Below, in pieces: positions 26,521-40,247 of a stretch of DNA of 64,000 nt. The position numbers were made by a program, and so were the translations under genes. The stretch comes from Eledone cirrhosa. Taxonomy: Eukaryota. Where the stretch lies: assembly GCA_964016885.1 (NCBI GenBank), contig OZ024752.1:13640001-13704000 (forward strand), read 5' to 3'. The notes beneath the pieces were generated by a model. The model was given only the letters and a program-made list of their open reading frames with translations, was not told the origin of the DNA and searched no databases. The stretch's first letter is position 1; each line of letters starts with the position of its first letter.

Positions 26521-27014
26521 ATATATATAGGTTAACTACTCTGTGTACAATTTTAATATTATGCTGTAACATTAAAAGGACGCGTATCGCCTTCAGCAGA
26601 CCCCGAAGTGCCGCCCCCATAAAAGTGTCACCCGGGGCGGAACCGCCCTCCCTCTCTAGCTTCGATATTGGCAACGACTACTCTTGACTGGCTTGAAACA
26701 GTTTTATAAATTGTAGCCTCTTCGCTGTTGTACTGTTCAGGGCATTGGTTCACTACCTGCGTGACAGAACCCTCGTGTTGTGAACGGTTAGCTGATGATC
26801 GGAAATGTTTGGTTGTTTTATCTCGCTTTCCATATATTGGGAGTGGGGGTGGTGGAGGAAAAATGGTAGGTAATTGAGAAGGTCGTTGGTGGTCGTTGGT
26901 TTCATAATCTTTGAGATGTGTGTGATAAACTCGTAATTGTTAAGCAAAGTCAAACCTATTACTCTTGTTGGGAATGAAACACACTGTAGAGTGTTTCGAA
27001 GATAAAAAAATAAC

Positions 27015-27079
<65 letters not shown>

Positions 27080-27168
27080 GAAAATGAACGAACAAAACAC
27101 AGGAGGCATACATGTATATATATATATATATAAAACAACAATCAAAGATTGTTTTAGAACATTTAATC

Positions 27169-27213
27169 ACTTACGATCGTTTCATCCTACCACAAGGCGG
27201 TGATCATCGGAGT
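27169..27213 (-). ncRNA. hammerhead-like motif, CCGATGA core variant
   Basis: Reverse complement act-CCGATGA-tcaccgccttgtggtaggat-GAAA-cgatcg-TA-agt. Confidence 0.5.
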
Positions 27214-28064
27214 ATATAGTAAAGGTTAAAACACAAATGTAATGTAAGAAGTTTGTCATAAGATCATTTTGAGGATACATAATATGGAAAGTAAGCATAA
27301 ATATTAACATTCATATAAGAGAAGATAGCAAAGGTAGAAGAAGCATATGAAAATATGAGCATATAAACGCAAAAAATGAAATTAGGAGCAGCTAAACTCA
27401 TTAAAATGTTTAAAACATGTTAGTAGAGAGAAAAATGCTGCTATAAAGAAGTTAAGTATAGTGCAAGACATATATTATTATTAGTAAATAAACATATATC
27501 ATAAGCAAAACAAAAGTTCATAAAGTTAGTAAGAGCAGGTGTGCAGATTCAATATAAATTTAAGAATATAAAAATACATATCCAAAACATATTTTTATAA
27601 AAAGTTCGACTACGTCTTTCAGTCATAAAGATAAACTATTATTTTTCAAATGTAATAATGTCAGCTGAGTGTAGTCAGCAAAATAAACATCAAATATAGG
27701 ATAAAATATTATTATTATTAATAAAAAAAAAAGGAAATATAATCAGCAAAGTAAAATCCAGTATAATATAAGTGCTATCATCGTAAAAAAGCACCACATA
27801 TTTTAATAGGAGGTAGAAAGTCTTATATAGTAAGCATAAATAATTCCATCTTAACATAGAGTATATATATATATATGTAGATAAATCTACAAAAATATAC
27901 GGTAGTGTCCAATCCGTATGAAGAACTCAATGTAATCCAAATATCATGAAAAGAGAAGATGCATTCAAACATTTTCGATAAAAATCATAGGAAAACAGAG
28001 TCAAGATAAATTAATAAAAACAATGAAAAAAAAACAAAGAACAAGTTCCTTATATTTAAAAAAA

Positions 28065-28200
28065 TCATCATTTTACGATCGTTTCAGGGATGTATATGTG
28101 TATTGGTAGGTATATCATATAGATCTATGTAAAAATATTACAAATTATCAGAGGAAATATACATACCTCCACATATACATGCCGTCCTCAGAAATGATGA
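28065..28200 (-). ncRNA. type I hammerhead with extended stem II
   Basis: Reverse complement tcatcattt-CTGAGGA-(c gg c atgtatatgtg...cacatatacat c cc t)-GAAA-cgatcg-TA-aaatgatga, with a perfect 9-bp stem I. Confidence 0.7.
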
Positions 28201-28424
28201 GATGTGTTTATTGGAAAAAACAAACAAAGATTTAATATAAAAGGTCTGTTTGAGAACAGGTTTTGAATTGACCAATAGAAAAGTAGTTAGAGGTCAAGTT
28301 GATAGAATAGCAGTAGTAGAAATTTAATTTAGGGGTAGAGGAGTGCAGACTTATGTTTTGAATGAAAAGAATACTTTGGGGATGAAAAGAGGTCAAGCCA
28401 AGAAGATAGTGAAGGGTACACGAA

Positions 28425-28755
28425 AATTTGATGTTATTAAAGAATAATGTTAAAAACGAAGGAAAATAAAATTTTAGGGTAAATGTATTAGTGAGAAATA
28501 CCAATCTTATTTAAACCACAAGGAATCTAGATCTATAACAAGAAATTAAATTAATTTATAGGTATACTTATAGGGATAAAGTTATATTAATTCATGTGAA
28601 TGGGATAAATAAGAATTAGATGTTATTAAAGAGTGTTGTTAAAAACGAAGGAAAGTAAAATTTTGGGATAAGGGTAGTAGTGAGAAATACCAATCTTATT
28701 TAAACTACAAGGAATCTAGATACATACCAGGAAATTAAATTATAGGTATACTTTT
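28425..28755. repeat. two-copy tandem duplication (~190 bp)
   Basis: gatgttattaaaga...gtgagaaataccaatcttatttaaac...tttataggtatact is repeated. Confidence 0.8.
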
Positions 28756-28999
28756 AGGTATTCATTTTAGGAAAAGAGAGCTGAAAGAGGGAAATAAAAT
28801 TATGAAGTTCTCTGTAATAAAATATTAATTATAGGTTAACTAAATTAAAAAAAACCAATTATAATAATTTGTAAAATATAAGAGTAAGGTGTATATTAAT
28901 TAGGTTTATAATATGTGCATCTTTTGTAATGGAATATGATCTTTTGATGCTTTCATGTTTCAAGACGAATTTGATCATCCAATTATTATTATTATTATT

Positions 29000-29840
29000 G
29001 TTCTTTGAGTCTCAGTCATTGATGTTAGTTAACTGGAAAGTTTGTTGAAATGAATATCAAGCCACTAATTGCAGCCTCAGCTATTCAGGACGTATCGGAG
29101 GGTTCTTGCTGTTCCCAGCAAGCATGCCTTTTGAAGCGTTCCAAAAAGCGTGAAGAGGCCAATTTTCTTTAACCATCCCTGGAAACTTTTTGAGATAGTA
29201 CCTAGTGCGCCTATGACAATCGGGACCACTTTGACTTCGAAGCAGTTCCAAATCGTTTTTACCTCCCACTTTAAATCCTGGGATCGGTTAATTTTCTCCC
29301 TCTCCTTCTCTTGCACTCTCGTGTCGAATGGGTTAGGCCACATCCACAATCAGGCACGATCTATTTTCTTTGTCCACAACCACCAGGTCAGGTCTATTGT
29401 GGTCCAGTTTCTTGTCCGTCTGTATCCTAAAATCCCACAGCATCTTCACCTGATCATTTTCTATCACCGACTCTGGCTTATGCTCACACCACTTCTCAGA
29501 ATGTGGTAAATTATTTACTTTGCACAGGTGCCAGTGGATCACCCTGCCCATCACATCATGTCTCCAGGCTTTATAGTGGGTCTGGGCTAGGTGTTTACAC
29601 TCGGATACAATGTGAGCCACAGTCTCCTCTCTCTCTCCACAGATCCTGCACAGTGAGCTAGCCTCCTCCTTGTAGATATGGTGTTTCAACCACTTCGTTT
29701 TGAGGGCCTGCTCTTGCGCAGCCATTAGCATTCCTTCTGTAGCCTTTTTAATGTCTTCTCTTTTCAACCAGTTCCATGTCTGTGGATCTCTGAATTCAGT
29801 TTTCTCAAAGAAGGTACTATGAAGGGATTTTTCCTGAAGG

Positions 29841-29842
<2 letters not shown>
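29000..29842 (-). mobile_element. R4/Dong-clade LINE 3' fragment in (TAA)n
   Basis: CCHC knuckle CRICGEREETVAHIVSEC, RHD, HNRPDLVVVD...IVDVA and VVPIVIGALG. (ATT)n on both sides. Confidence 0.9.
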
Positions 29843-29886
<44 letters not shown>

Positions 29887-29951
29887 AAGAAATCATTATT
29901 ATATATATATATAATATTGTTTCACCTTAGCGGATCCTCAGCCCGCCATTA

Positions 29952-29989
29952 CGAGCCGAGGATCCGCTAAGGTGAAACAATTGTTCTCG
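29952..29989 (+). ncRNA. minimal hammerhead-like motif within short palindrome
   Basis: cgag-CCGAGGA-tccgctaaggt-GAAA-caattg-TT-ctcg. The opposite arm reads CTGAGGA on the minus strand, and a degenerate homolog lies at ~7963-7999. Confidence 0.5.
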
Positions 29990-30033
29990 GTATGGTGAAC
30001 TAACTGTTGTGTAACCACTCCCCCCCCTCTCTC

Positions 30034-30107
<74 letters not shown>

Positions 30108-30205
30108 AGTGGTTATATATATATGTGTATGTATGCATATATGTGTATATATGTGTATGTATGTATATATATGTATGTATATGTATGTATGTATGTATAT
30201 GTATG

Positions 30206-30239
<34 letters not shown>

Positions 30240-30673
30240 TGTATGTATGTATGTATGTATGTATATGTATGTATATGTATGTATATGTATGTATATGTAT
30301 GTATATATGTATGTATATGTATGTATATATATATATGTATGTATATATATATGTATGTATATATATATATGTATGTATATATAGATATAATTTACCGAGA
30401 ATCGCATTTCGACGGGTAGAAATTAGCGAAACGCAACTTCTATATTGTGCAGACAAGTGTTCCATGCAAATGAAGAGGATAGCAGAGCTATAAACATAAG
30501 TTAAAATGGTCATACACTCTGAGACGATGGTTAAGAAGCCATAGCCACCATAGCCAAAAAAGCGAACAAGCTAAACGGGTCAAACAAAATGAGATATGAT
30601 TGAAATAGTTACCCGAACCCTCGGGGAAGATATAATACTCCGAAATTTGGGTTTCTGCAACACCTAAATCAAT

Positions 30674-30860
30674 AATTGTTTCTACTTTAGGCACAAGGCC
30701 AGCAATTACCCAGTACATTACTGGTACTTTATTTTATCGACCCCGTAAGGATGAAAGGCAAAGTCAACCTCGGCGGGATTTGAACGCAGATCGTAAAGGG
30801 ACGTAACTATGCTGGAAAGCATGGCGTCCGACCCTCTACCGATACTGCCAATCCACCGCC
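30674..30860 (-). mobile_element. SINE family A, full length, with target-site duplication
   Basis: aacacctaaatcaataat occurs on both sides (~30659 and ~30864). Confidence 0.92.
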
Positions 30861-30964
30861 TATAACACCTAAATCAATAATACTGTTTGCTTATAAAAAT
30901 AAAAATAAGCTTGTATGTATATATATATATGTATGTATATATATATGTATGTATATATAGTGTT

Positions 30965-31371
30965 GGGAGAGATGACCCCTTAGCCTTAGTCAAGGCAGAA
31001 TTCTAGAAGGAAAACTCTGATATAACACCTGCAACCCTGATGGTATCCAATGATGTTGACTTGTTCTTCTTTTTGGTAAATATCATCTTGGTTAAGAGAG
31101 TGGGACTGGCTTTGTGCAGTGCCTTTGCTCACTATAAAAGCTTCACGGCACAGGCATTGCTTTATATCTGGAGACCTCTCTGCACTTGTCGTCACATGGT
31201 ACCATGGGCCCAGCACTATGTGTCAATAATTGTCACAAGTGTAGTGTTTGTACCAGAGTTTTCAAGTCGCTGGCTGGACTAAAAAGTCACACTCGTTCAG
31301 CGCATCGGTAGGGGTTCTCCTACATGGATATAAAGTAGCGGCCGTACTCGCAAACGAGTTGGCAGCCACCA
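30965..31371 (+). mobile_element. non-autonomous RTE-derived element, 5'-truncated
   Basis: Matches 3502-3712 and 2906-3189, followed by a microsatellite tail. Confidence 0.85.
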
Positions 31372-31385
31372 TGTATATATATATG

Positions 31386-31462
<77 letters not shown>

Positions 31463-31888
31463 ATATATGTGTGTATGTATATATATATATATATATATAT
31501 GTATATTTATTAATATTGTTATACTTGGGGGAGGGTCATATTTGTGTAATATTGCCAGAATTAATAACAGAATAATAAATAACTGATTAATAAATATTTG
31601 CCCTAGGGTTCTTATATATTTGATATACATTTATCCTTATCGAGCCCTCTTTGGATTTTAGTCTTCACATTATATATATATATATATATATAATGAAGGA
31701 AATGTGGTAAGGAACCAGGTGGACCATAACGCATCAAAGTACTCAATACTTAGGGTAGTAGAGTGGGTAATAGGAATATATATATATATATATATATGTA
31801 TCTAAAAGGTAAACAGAAATGTCAACAGAATCGGTACAGTATATGGAAGGTATACATTAGGTTAACGCTTGATATAGCAGGAAGAGGG

Positions 31889-31924
31889 TCTTAACGTTTC
31901 GGAAGCTAGTCCTTCATCAGAAGA
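31889..31924 (-). ncRNA. minimal type I hammerhead (family H1) in PLE-like pLTR
   Basis: Reverse complement tctt-CTGATGA-aggac-tagc-ttcc-GAAA-cgtt-aaga. Confidence 0.65.
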
Positions 31925-32266
31925 CAGAATGAGAATTAAAATAGATTAAGGGACGGGCGGGATGGAATTGGAAAAAATGTCTTTAGATAATATGAGGTTT
32001 CATATTAAGGTCTTTATTGATTAAACATACTTACGACCTTTTCACAGTTGGGTGGCTCAGGATCTTTGTAAATGCTGTAGACATGACTCCAGTCTGTAAA
32101 TTTAAAGTTACTTGCACTCAATGTTAAACCAGCACACACACATAAAAACCCACCTACATACGGCCCTCAACAAAATATTTTTGTATACAATTTACACACA
32201 GACATTCCTACACAGACAATATCTCTCTCTATCTCTTTTTATAACTTTCTTTATGTATATATTGCT

Positions 32267-32306
<40 letters not shown>

Positions 32307-32654
32307 ACACAAACAATCACATCTACGTACACACACACGCACACACACACGCACACACACACACATCCACACATTCCAACAGACTCAAATACACAACAAA
32401 CACACACAGATGCACACACACACACACACAGAGATCCACACACACACATATCCACACATGCTAACACACACACACACTCACACCCCCATATCCACCCCCA
32501 CCCACCGCCTTACCACCCCTCCCCTCCCCACCACCGTACCAACTCCATCACCCCCCCCCCCCACCACTTAGCCCCCTACCCCCCACTACACAAATCAAAT
32601 AGTCTCTATTTTGGAAGCATATTTCTACTTTAAATGTGGCTTTGTAAAGATAAT

Positions 32655-32842
32655 TATTTCTACTTTAGGCACAAGGCCGGCAATTATCCCAGTGCATTAC
32701 TGGTACTTTATTTTATCGACCCCGTAAGGATGAAAGGCAAAGTCAACCTCGGCGGGATTTGAACTCAGATCATAAAGGGCCGTAACTCCATACTGCAAAG
32801 CATGGCGTCCGACCCTCTATCGAAACTGCCAATCTACCGCCC
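32655..32842 (-). mobile_element. SINE family A, full length
   Basis: Family match. Confidence 0.9.
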
Positions 32843-32897
32843 TTTGTAAGAATAGAAAGATGAAAGGTAGAAATTAATATATAAACCAGACAGGCTT

Positions 32898-33928
32898 ACA
32901 CACACACACACCCACTCACACACACACATATACACATATACATGCACACACACATACACATATATACAGATACACATACATACACTTACACACAAACACA
33001 CACATACACACATATACATGCACACACACATACACACATATACATATACACACACATACACACATTTACACACAAATACACACATATACATGCACACACA
33101 TACTTACACACATATACACATACACATACACACACACAAACACACACATATACATGCACACACACATATACACATACACACACATGCACACATTTACACA
33201 CATACACACATATACATGCACACACATACACACATATACACACAGACTTACACACGCACACACGAACACACATACACACATATACATGCACACACACACA
33301 TACACACATGTACAGCTACACATACACACACTTACACACACAAACACACACATGCACACACATATACAAATACACACATATACACACATTTACACACAAA
33401 CACACACATACACACATATACATGCATACACATACTTACACACATATACACTTACACACACACACACATACATACACACATATACATGCACACACACATA
33501 CACACATATACATACACACACATACATACATATACATGCACACACACATAAACACATACACATACACACATACACATATTTACACACAAACACACACATA
33601 CACACATATACATGCACACACACATACACACATATACACATTTACACACACAAACACACACATACACACATATACACACACACAGACACACACATACACA
33701 GATATACATGCACACACACATAAACACATATACACACGCATACACAAAGATGCACACACACACACACACAGAAAGATGCACACACACAGGACACACACAT
33801 GCATGCACAAAGGTGCACACACACACAGCAAGATGCACACACACACAGCAAGATGCACACACACACACACATGCATACACAAAGGTGCACACACACATAC
33901 ACAAAGATGCACACACACACACAAATAT

Positions 33929-33982
<54 letters not shown>
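32898..33982. repeat. complex (CA)n/(CATA)n microsatellite
   Basis: Directly visible. Confidence 0.95.
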
Positions 33983-33986
<4 letters not shown>

Positions 33987-34134
33987 GCAGTCTGTTATAC
34001 TATAAGTGTTGATAAGGTACAAATACAGTTTCTGTCGTTAGTAATATGTAAATAGCGGTAAACGTCACCGCAACACTGAACAGTGCAACAAGAATTCAAT
34101 ATCTTAACACTGTTTGTATAAACTACACAAGCTT

Positions 34135-34136
34135 AC

Positions 34137-34167
<31 letters not shown>

Positions 34168-34439
34168 CATAGACACACAAACGTATATATATATTTTTTT
34201 CTCCATATTTTATTATATATATATATATATATATATACATATATAGATATATATACATATATACACACATATATATAAATATACACATACACACACATAT
34301 ACACATATACATACATATATATATATACACACACATATATATATATATATACACATACAAACACATATATACAGATATATACACACATACACCCATATAT
34401 AAATAAAAACACATACACACACAAATATATATATATATG

Positions 34440-34473
<34 letters not shown>

Positions 34474-34646
34474 CATACATACATATAAAAATATAAATGT
34501 ATATATATATATATAATATATATATTTGTGTATAATACATATCTACATATAATACATAGCCCCACACATATATACACGCATACATTCACACACATATATG
34601 TGTGCATGTATATATGCATGTATGTGTGTGTTTGTATGCATGCATG

Positions 34647-34704
<58 letters not shown>

Positions 34705-34767
34705 CATGTATATGTCTCTATATATGTGTGTGTGTATGCATTATATGTTTATATATGTATTATGAGA

Positions 34768-34805
<38 letters not shown>

Positions 34806-34822
34806 ATATATATATATGTGTG

Positions 34823-34853
<31 letters not shown>
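34135..34853. repeat. complex TA/CA/TG microsatellite
   Basis: Directly visible. Confidence 0.9.
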
Positions 34854-34854
34854 G

Positions 34855-34958
34855 GAGGGTGTCCCCCACAAAATGTAGACACACTTTGATTACCTGTATA
34901 GGCGATATTTATTCGAATATTGTTGAAGTGTGTATACATATTTTTGGGACACTCTGTA
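34855..34958. mobile_element. short Tc1/mariner-like MITE
   Basis: agggtgtcccccacaaaatgtagacacactt ... aagtgtgtatacatatttttgggacactctgta. A homolog lies at ~52334-52413. Confidence 0.6.
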
Positions 34959-35599
34959 TGCCTATATGTATGTTTATATACAAACATCTTTCTGTTAACA
35001 TAAACCGTTCAAAAGGCATTAGATGACATAGCGTTGTTTGCTGTCAACCTGGTCAAAACAACTCCATAAACCGACAAGAATCTCTTTCATATGTTATTAC
35101 TAAAGAATGTCTTAGAACTCTTGAAGTACGACCTAGGTCCAAAACGGTGGCTATTGAGATAAAGCTATAAATAAACACCGACGAAGATAACCGCTCACAG
35201 AGCTGGGTACCTATCACTCAGTCACAGAGGCTTATATCAACATTCTGGTAAAGACAAGAACGCTTAGAGTGTTTTTATAATCGTTGTTTTTGTCCATGTA
35301 TTTGAGGTTGTTAATTCAAGCAGGCGTATGTTACATAGTATTCAATAGATGTTTTTATCTTATTACCACTTTGAACTGAATAAAGCATCAAAAGAGATCA
35401 TGCGATCTCTTTTTAATTCTTAACACCCTGTACTGCACGAAACCACATTAGCTAGATATTCTTGAAAAGTACAAAACAGTATTATCACGGTATTCCATTA
35501 AAAATTACTAGCAAAATACCCGCCCTTCTGTTATTGGTATTATACACAAATATATATATGCATATAGATATGATATGTATATTGAAAAGTAAATTGGTA

Positions 35600-36110
35600 A
35601 TAACTTCTTCTTCGCCCACTTATTTCTGAGAGGGTCGTGGGGGCAGAGTCCTTCTCAAACAGTCCTCTCAGCGAGTATGTCAGTAGCAAACATCTCCAAC
35701 TGATCCAGCTGGATCCCAAAGCGTGACCAGCCAAGCTCATGGATGTTATCCAATTATTTTCCTCAGGGTCTACCTCTGTGTCTTTTACCGGTTAGTTTTT
35801 GCCTGTAAAACCTGTCCAGCGATTCTTTCCTGAGACATTCTAACCACATGTCCATCGTATCGGAGCTGTGATCTCTCAATCCAGAGAAGTAGCGGCTCTA
35901 CCTGGAGCGACTTTCTTATCTCCCAGCTATGCATTTTATCCAGTAACGTTACTCCAAAGACCCTTCGTAGGAACCCCATTTCGGCTGCTTGTATTTGCAA
36001 TTGTATTCTTTCAGTCATTACTCAAGATTTATGACCCTCGGTAAGGGTTGGCAGAAATACCAGGAAGACAGCGAGTTTGGCTTTTACACCTACCTCCTAG
36101 CTCTACTCTT
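35600..36110 (-). mobile_element. RTE-clade LINE 3' fragment (family R1)
   Basis: ORF 35785-36018 MTERIQLQIQAAEMGFLRRVFGVTLLDK...IERSQLRYDGHVVRM, with a (GAA)n-like tail. Confidence 0.88.
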
Positions 36111-36561
36111 GAAACATAAAGAAAATTTAAAATATATTTTTATAGAATTTTGTAGAAGTTCTATAAGTGGTTCTGGTAATGTTTCATGAAAGCTTTGTTT
36201 GGTTCTCTTTTAAAAGCAATTGACATCTCAAATAGCAAACTCTCTTAAATATTGCTTTTGTTATATTGCAATTGGGAGTGTTTTACAACTGGATTAAAAG
36301 AAATGCTTTGCATAGAAGAATTTATAGATTTTTGTTGTATAAATGGATATCAACAAGAATTAGAAGCATTATACGAAATAGCATTGTCACTCGCCCCTAC
36401 CCCCTCCTATACTTCTGTAACCCTAAAACCCATGCCCTTCATTTCATTTTCCATTTTTTAATATCTGTAGTGCTGATGTTGTTTGAAATAGATTTGTTTA
36501 AGCGTTTTTAAATATTTTTAATAATAAAACATTAATTATATTGATTAATGTTTACTCAGTA

Positions 36562-36624
<63 letters not shown>

Positions 36625-36869
36625 AACGAGTAGGAGTCCAGAATTAGCCGTCGAAACGGCTTGAGCTCAGCCGTCGGGGTCCTACTCGTTCCTATTACCC
36701 ACTCTACTACCCTAAGTATTGAGTACTTTGGTGCGTTATGGTCCATCTGGTTCCTTACCACATTTCCTTCGTTGAGGAATCTAGAAGCAGTTTAGGTATG
36801 ATACATCTTATTACTAATTATATCTAAATGTTTCTTCTCTCTTCATAATGTACTATATATATATATCTC

Positions 36870-37270
36870 TCTCTCTCGTCTGCGACTTCACAGAACTTAT
36901 GTTTACCGAATTCGCAGACCAGACCCCTTCTTCCTCCCGTTAGACCTGTGCGAAATTCCTTCCTTGCTCACATTTCAACCAGGTTTGATGGTCTTTATTC
37001 TCTCGTTCACGATTCAAACCGATTTTATATTCATAGAAATCTGGGACTTGTTTCCTTCTTCCTCACTTTCTGCTGCTTAAACCATTTTGTTTGTTTACCC
37101 TAGTGTCCCCTTTATTTACGTGTCCCAACGACTTTTTTTTTTAGCCGTTGCTCGCACCAACCTGAGGTATATGGCCTTTAATGCGACGAAATGCCTACGA
37201 CGGTTGGAAGGCCACTGATGAGGACAAACTTTTTCATATGTAACCCATTTGCAGCGCCGCAGCTCCATTA
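36870..37270 (+). mobile_element. family P element with permuted hammerhead-like motif at 37157-37221
   Basis: Homolog of 14065-14463 and microsatellite-flanked. Confidence 0.7.
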
Positions 37271-37275
37271 TTATC

Positions 37276-37309
<34 letters not shown>

Positions 37310-37458
37310 TGTGTGTGTTGTGTGTGTGTTTGTGAAACTGTTTATAGAGAAAAGGTGAAACTGGAAATAGCACGCAAAATATATTTAAGGATCTGTTTTC
37401 TTTTTTTTCCTTTCTTTGATTCTTCAGACTGATATTATTGAAAAAAAAATGGCATTAT

Positions 37459-37502
<44 letters not shown>

Positions 37503-37670
37503 GTAAGAAACACAGTAAACCGTGTGTCTAAAATTACAAGGGTTGAAAAACCACATTTGTTTGAAATATTTAACCAAGAAGCAGACAGAATGATAAAATA
37601 TACAAACGAGGTGACAAATTCATCTTTCTGTGTGAACGTTGGCAAATAGTGTTTGTGGCATTTAATCAGA

Positions 37671-37752
37671 ATCTCTCGCTGATGAAGCCCAGAATTATCT
37701 GTTACAAACACACTCAGGGCGAAACAGATTAGGGATAATCTGTCCGAGAGAT
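37671..37752 (+). ncRNA. type I hammerhead ribozyme, canonical
   Basis: atctctcg-CTGATGA-a-gccc...gggc-GAA-acagatta-ggga-taatctgt-C-cgagagat, giving an 8-bp stem I, 4-bp stem II, 8-bp stem III and GUC site. Confidence 0.88.
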
Positions 37753-37988
37753 ATAATGGTCATTGAGGCGGTTTGTATATTTTATCATTCTGTCTGCTTC
37801 TTGGTAAAATATTTCAAACAAATGTGGTTTTTCAACCCTTGTAATTTTAGACACACGGTTTACTGTGTTTCTTACTATATATTATATTCAGCTCAGTATT
37901 TATACTTGGAGCTTAATAGTTGCAGGGTTCCAATTGAGTGTTAACTCTAATTTTCATATATATATATATATTTCAATTATGAAATGTG

Positions 37989-37989
<1 letters not shown>

Positions 37990-38039
<50 letters not shown>

Positions 38040-38120
38040 GTGTATGTATATATATGTATGTATATGTATATATATGTATATGTGTATATATATATATTTA
38101 TACATATATATATACATGTA

Positions 38121-38155
<35 letters not shown>

Positions 38156-38242
38156 ACATGTATACCGTATATATATGTATACATGTATACATGTATACAT
38201 GTATATATGTGTGTGTGTGTATGTGTATATATATATACACAC

Positions 38243-38302
<60 letters not shown>

Positions 38303-38493
38303 ATGTGTATATATGTGTATGGGTGTGTATGTATATGTGTATATATATATATATATATGTGTGTATGTGCTTGTATATGTATGTGCATGTGTAGGTATAT
38401 GTATGTATATATATATATATGTATATGTATATATATGTGTGTATATATATATGTGTATATATATATAAATATGTATGTATATATATATATGTG

Positions 38494-38538
<45 letters not shown>

Positions 38539-38627
38539 GTATATATATGTATGTATATATATGCGTATGTGTGTATATATGTGTATGTGTGTGTGTATAT
38601 ATGTGTGTATATATGTGTATGTGCATA

Positions 38628-38658
<31 letters not shown>

Positions 38659-38764
38659 TTGTGTATGTATATGTATGTATAATGTATATATGTATATATA
38701 TATATATATGTATATGTATGTGTATATGTATGTATATATATATATGTGTGTATATATATGTATA

Positions 38765-38765
<1 letters not shown>
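37990..38765. repeat. TA/TG microsatellite
   Basis: Directly visible. Confidence 0.95.
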
Positions 38766-39691
<926 letters not shown>

Positions 39692-39829
39692 TAAGGTTTG
39701 TTGGTTCACCACTGGATAGAACTGGTCATTCCGTATGGTCAATCCTGGTGTAATATTGTGAAGAGTACTCAACGCAGTGCAGTTCACCCATCTTCGTTTG
39801 TGTAGTTGGTGGTGCGAATACGGAGTTAA

Positions 39830-40067
39830 TTATAAATGAAATAACAGGAGGCTGGACTGGTGTAAATCCTTGAAAGGTTTATTATACTATGATCATTTCA
39901 ATGACCGGGTTCCATATCAATCCGATGATATCATCAGGTATTGGAATAGGTATTCCAATACCTGATGATATCACCAGATTCATATGGAACCCGGTCATTG
40001 AAATGATCATAGTATAATAAACCTTTCAAGGATTTACACCAGTCCAGCCTCCTGTTATTTCATTTAT
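39830..40067. repeat. near-perfect ~240-bp palindrome
   Basis: tataaatgaaataacaggaggctggactgg... pairs with ...ccagtccagcctcctgttatttcatttata, centred at ~39951. Confidence 0.9.
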
Positions 40068-40086
40068 ATATATATATATATGTATA

Positions 40087-40117
<31 letters not shown>

Positions 40118-40130
40118 GTATGTATATGTG

Positions 40131-40190
<60 letters not shown>

Positions 40191-40194
40191 CACA

Positions 40195-40247
<53 letters not shown>

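Noticed and set aside
39955-40000. CTGATGA...GGAA-CCCG-GTC as an intact hammerhead
   Set aside because: The core reads GGAA rather than GAAA and the stems are weak. It is kept only as part of the palindrome finding.
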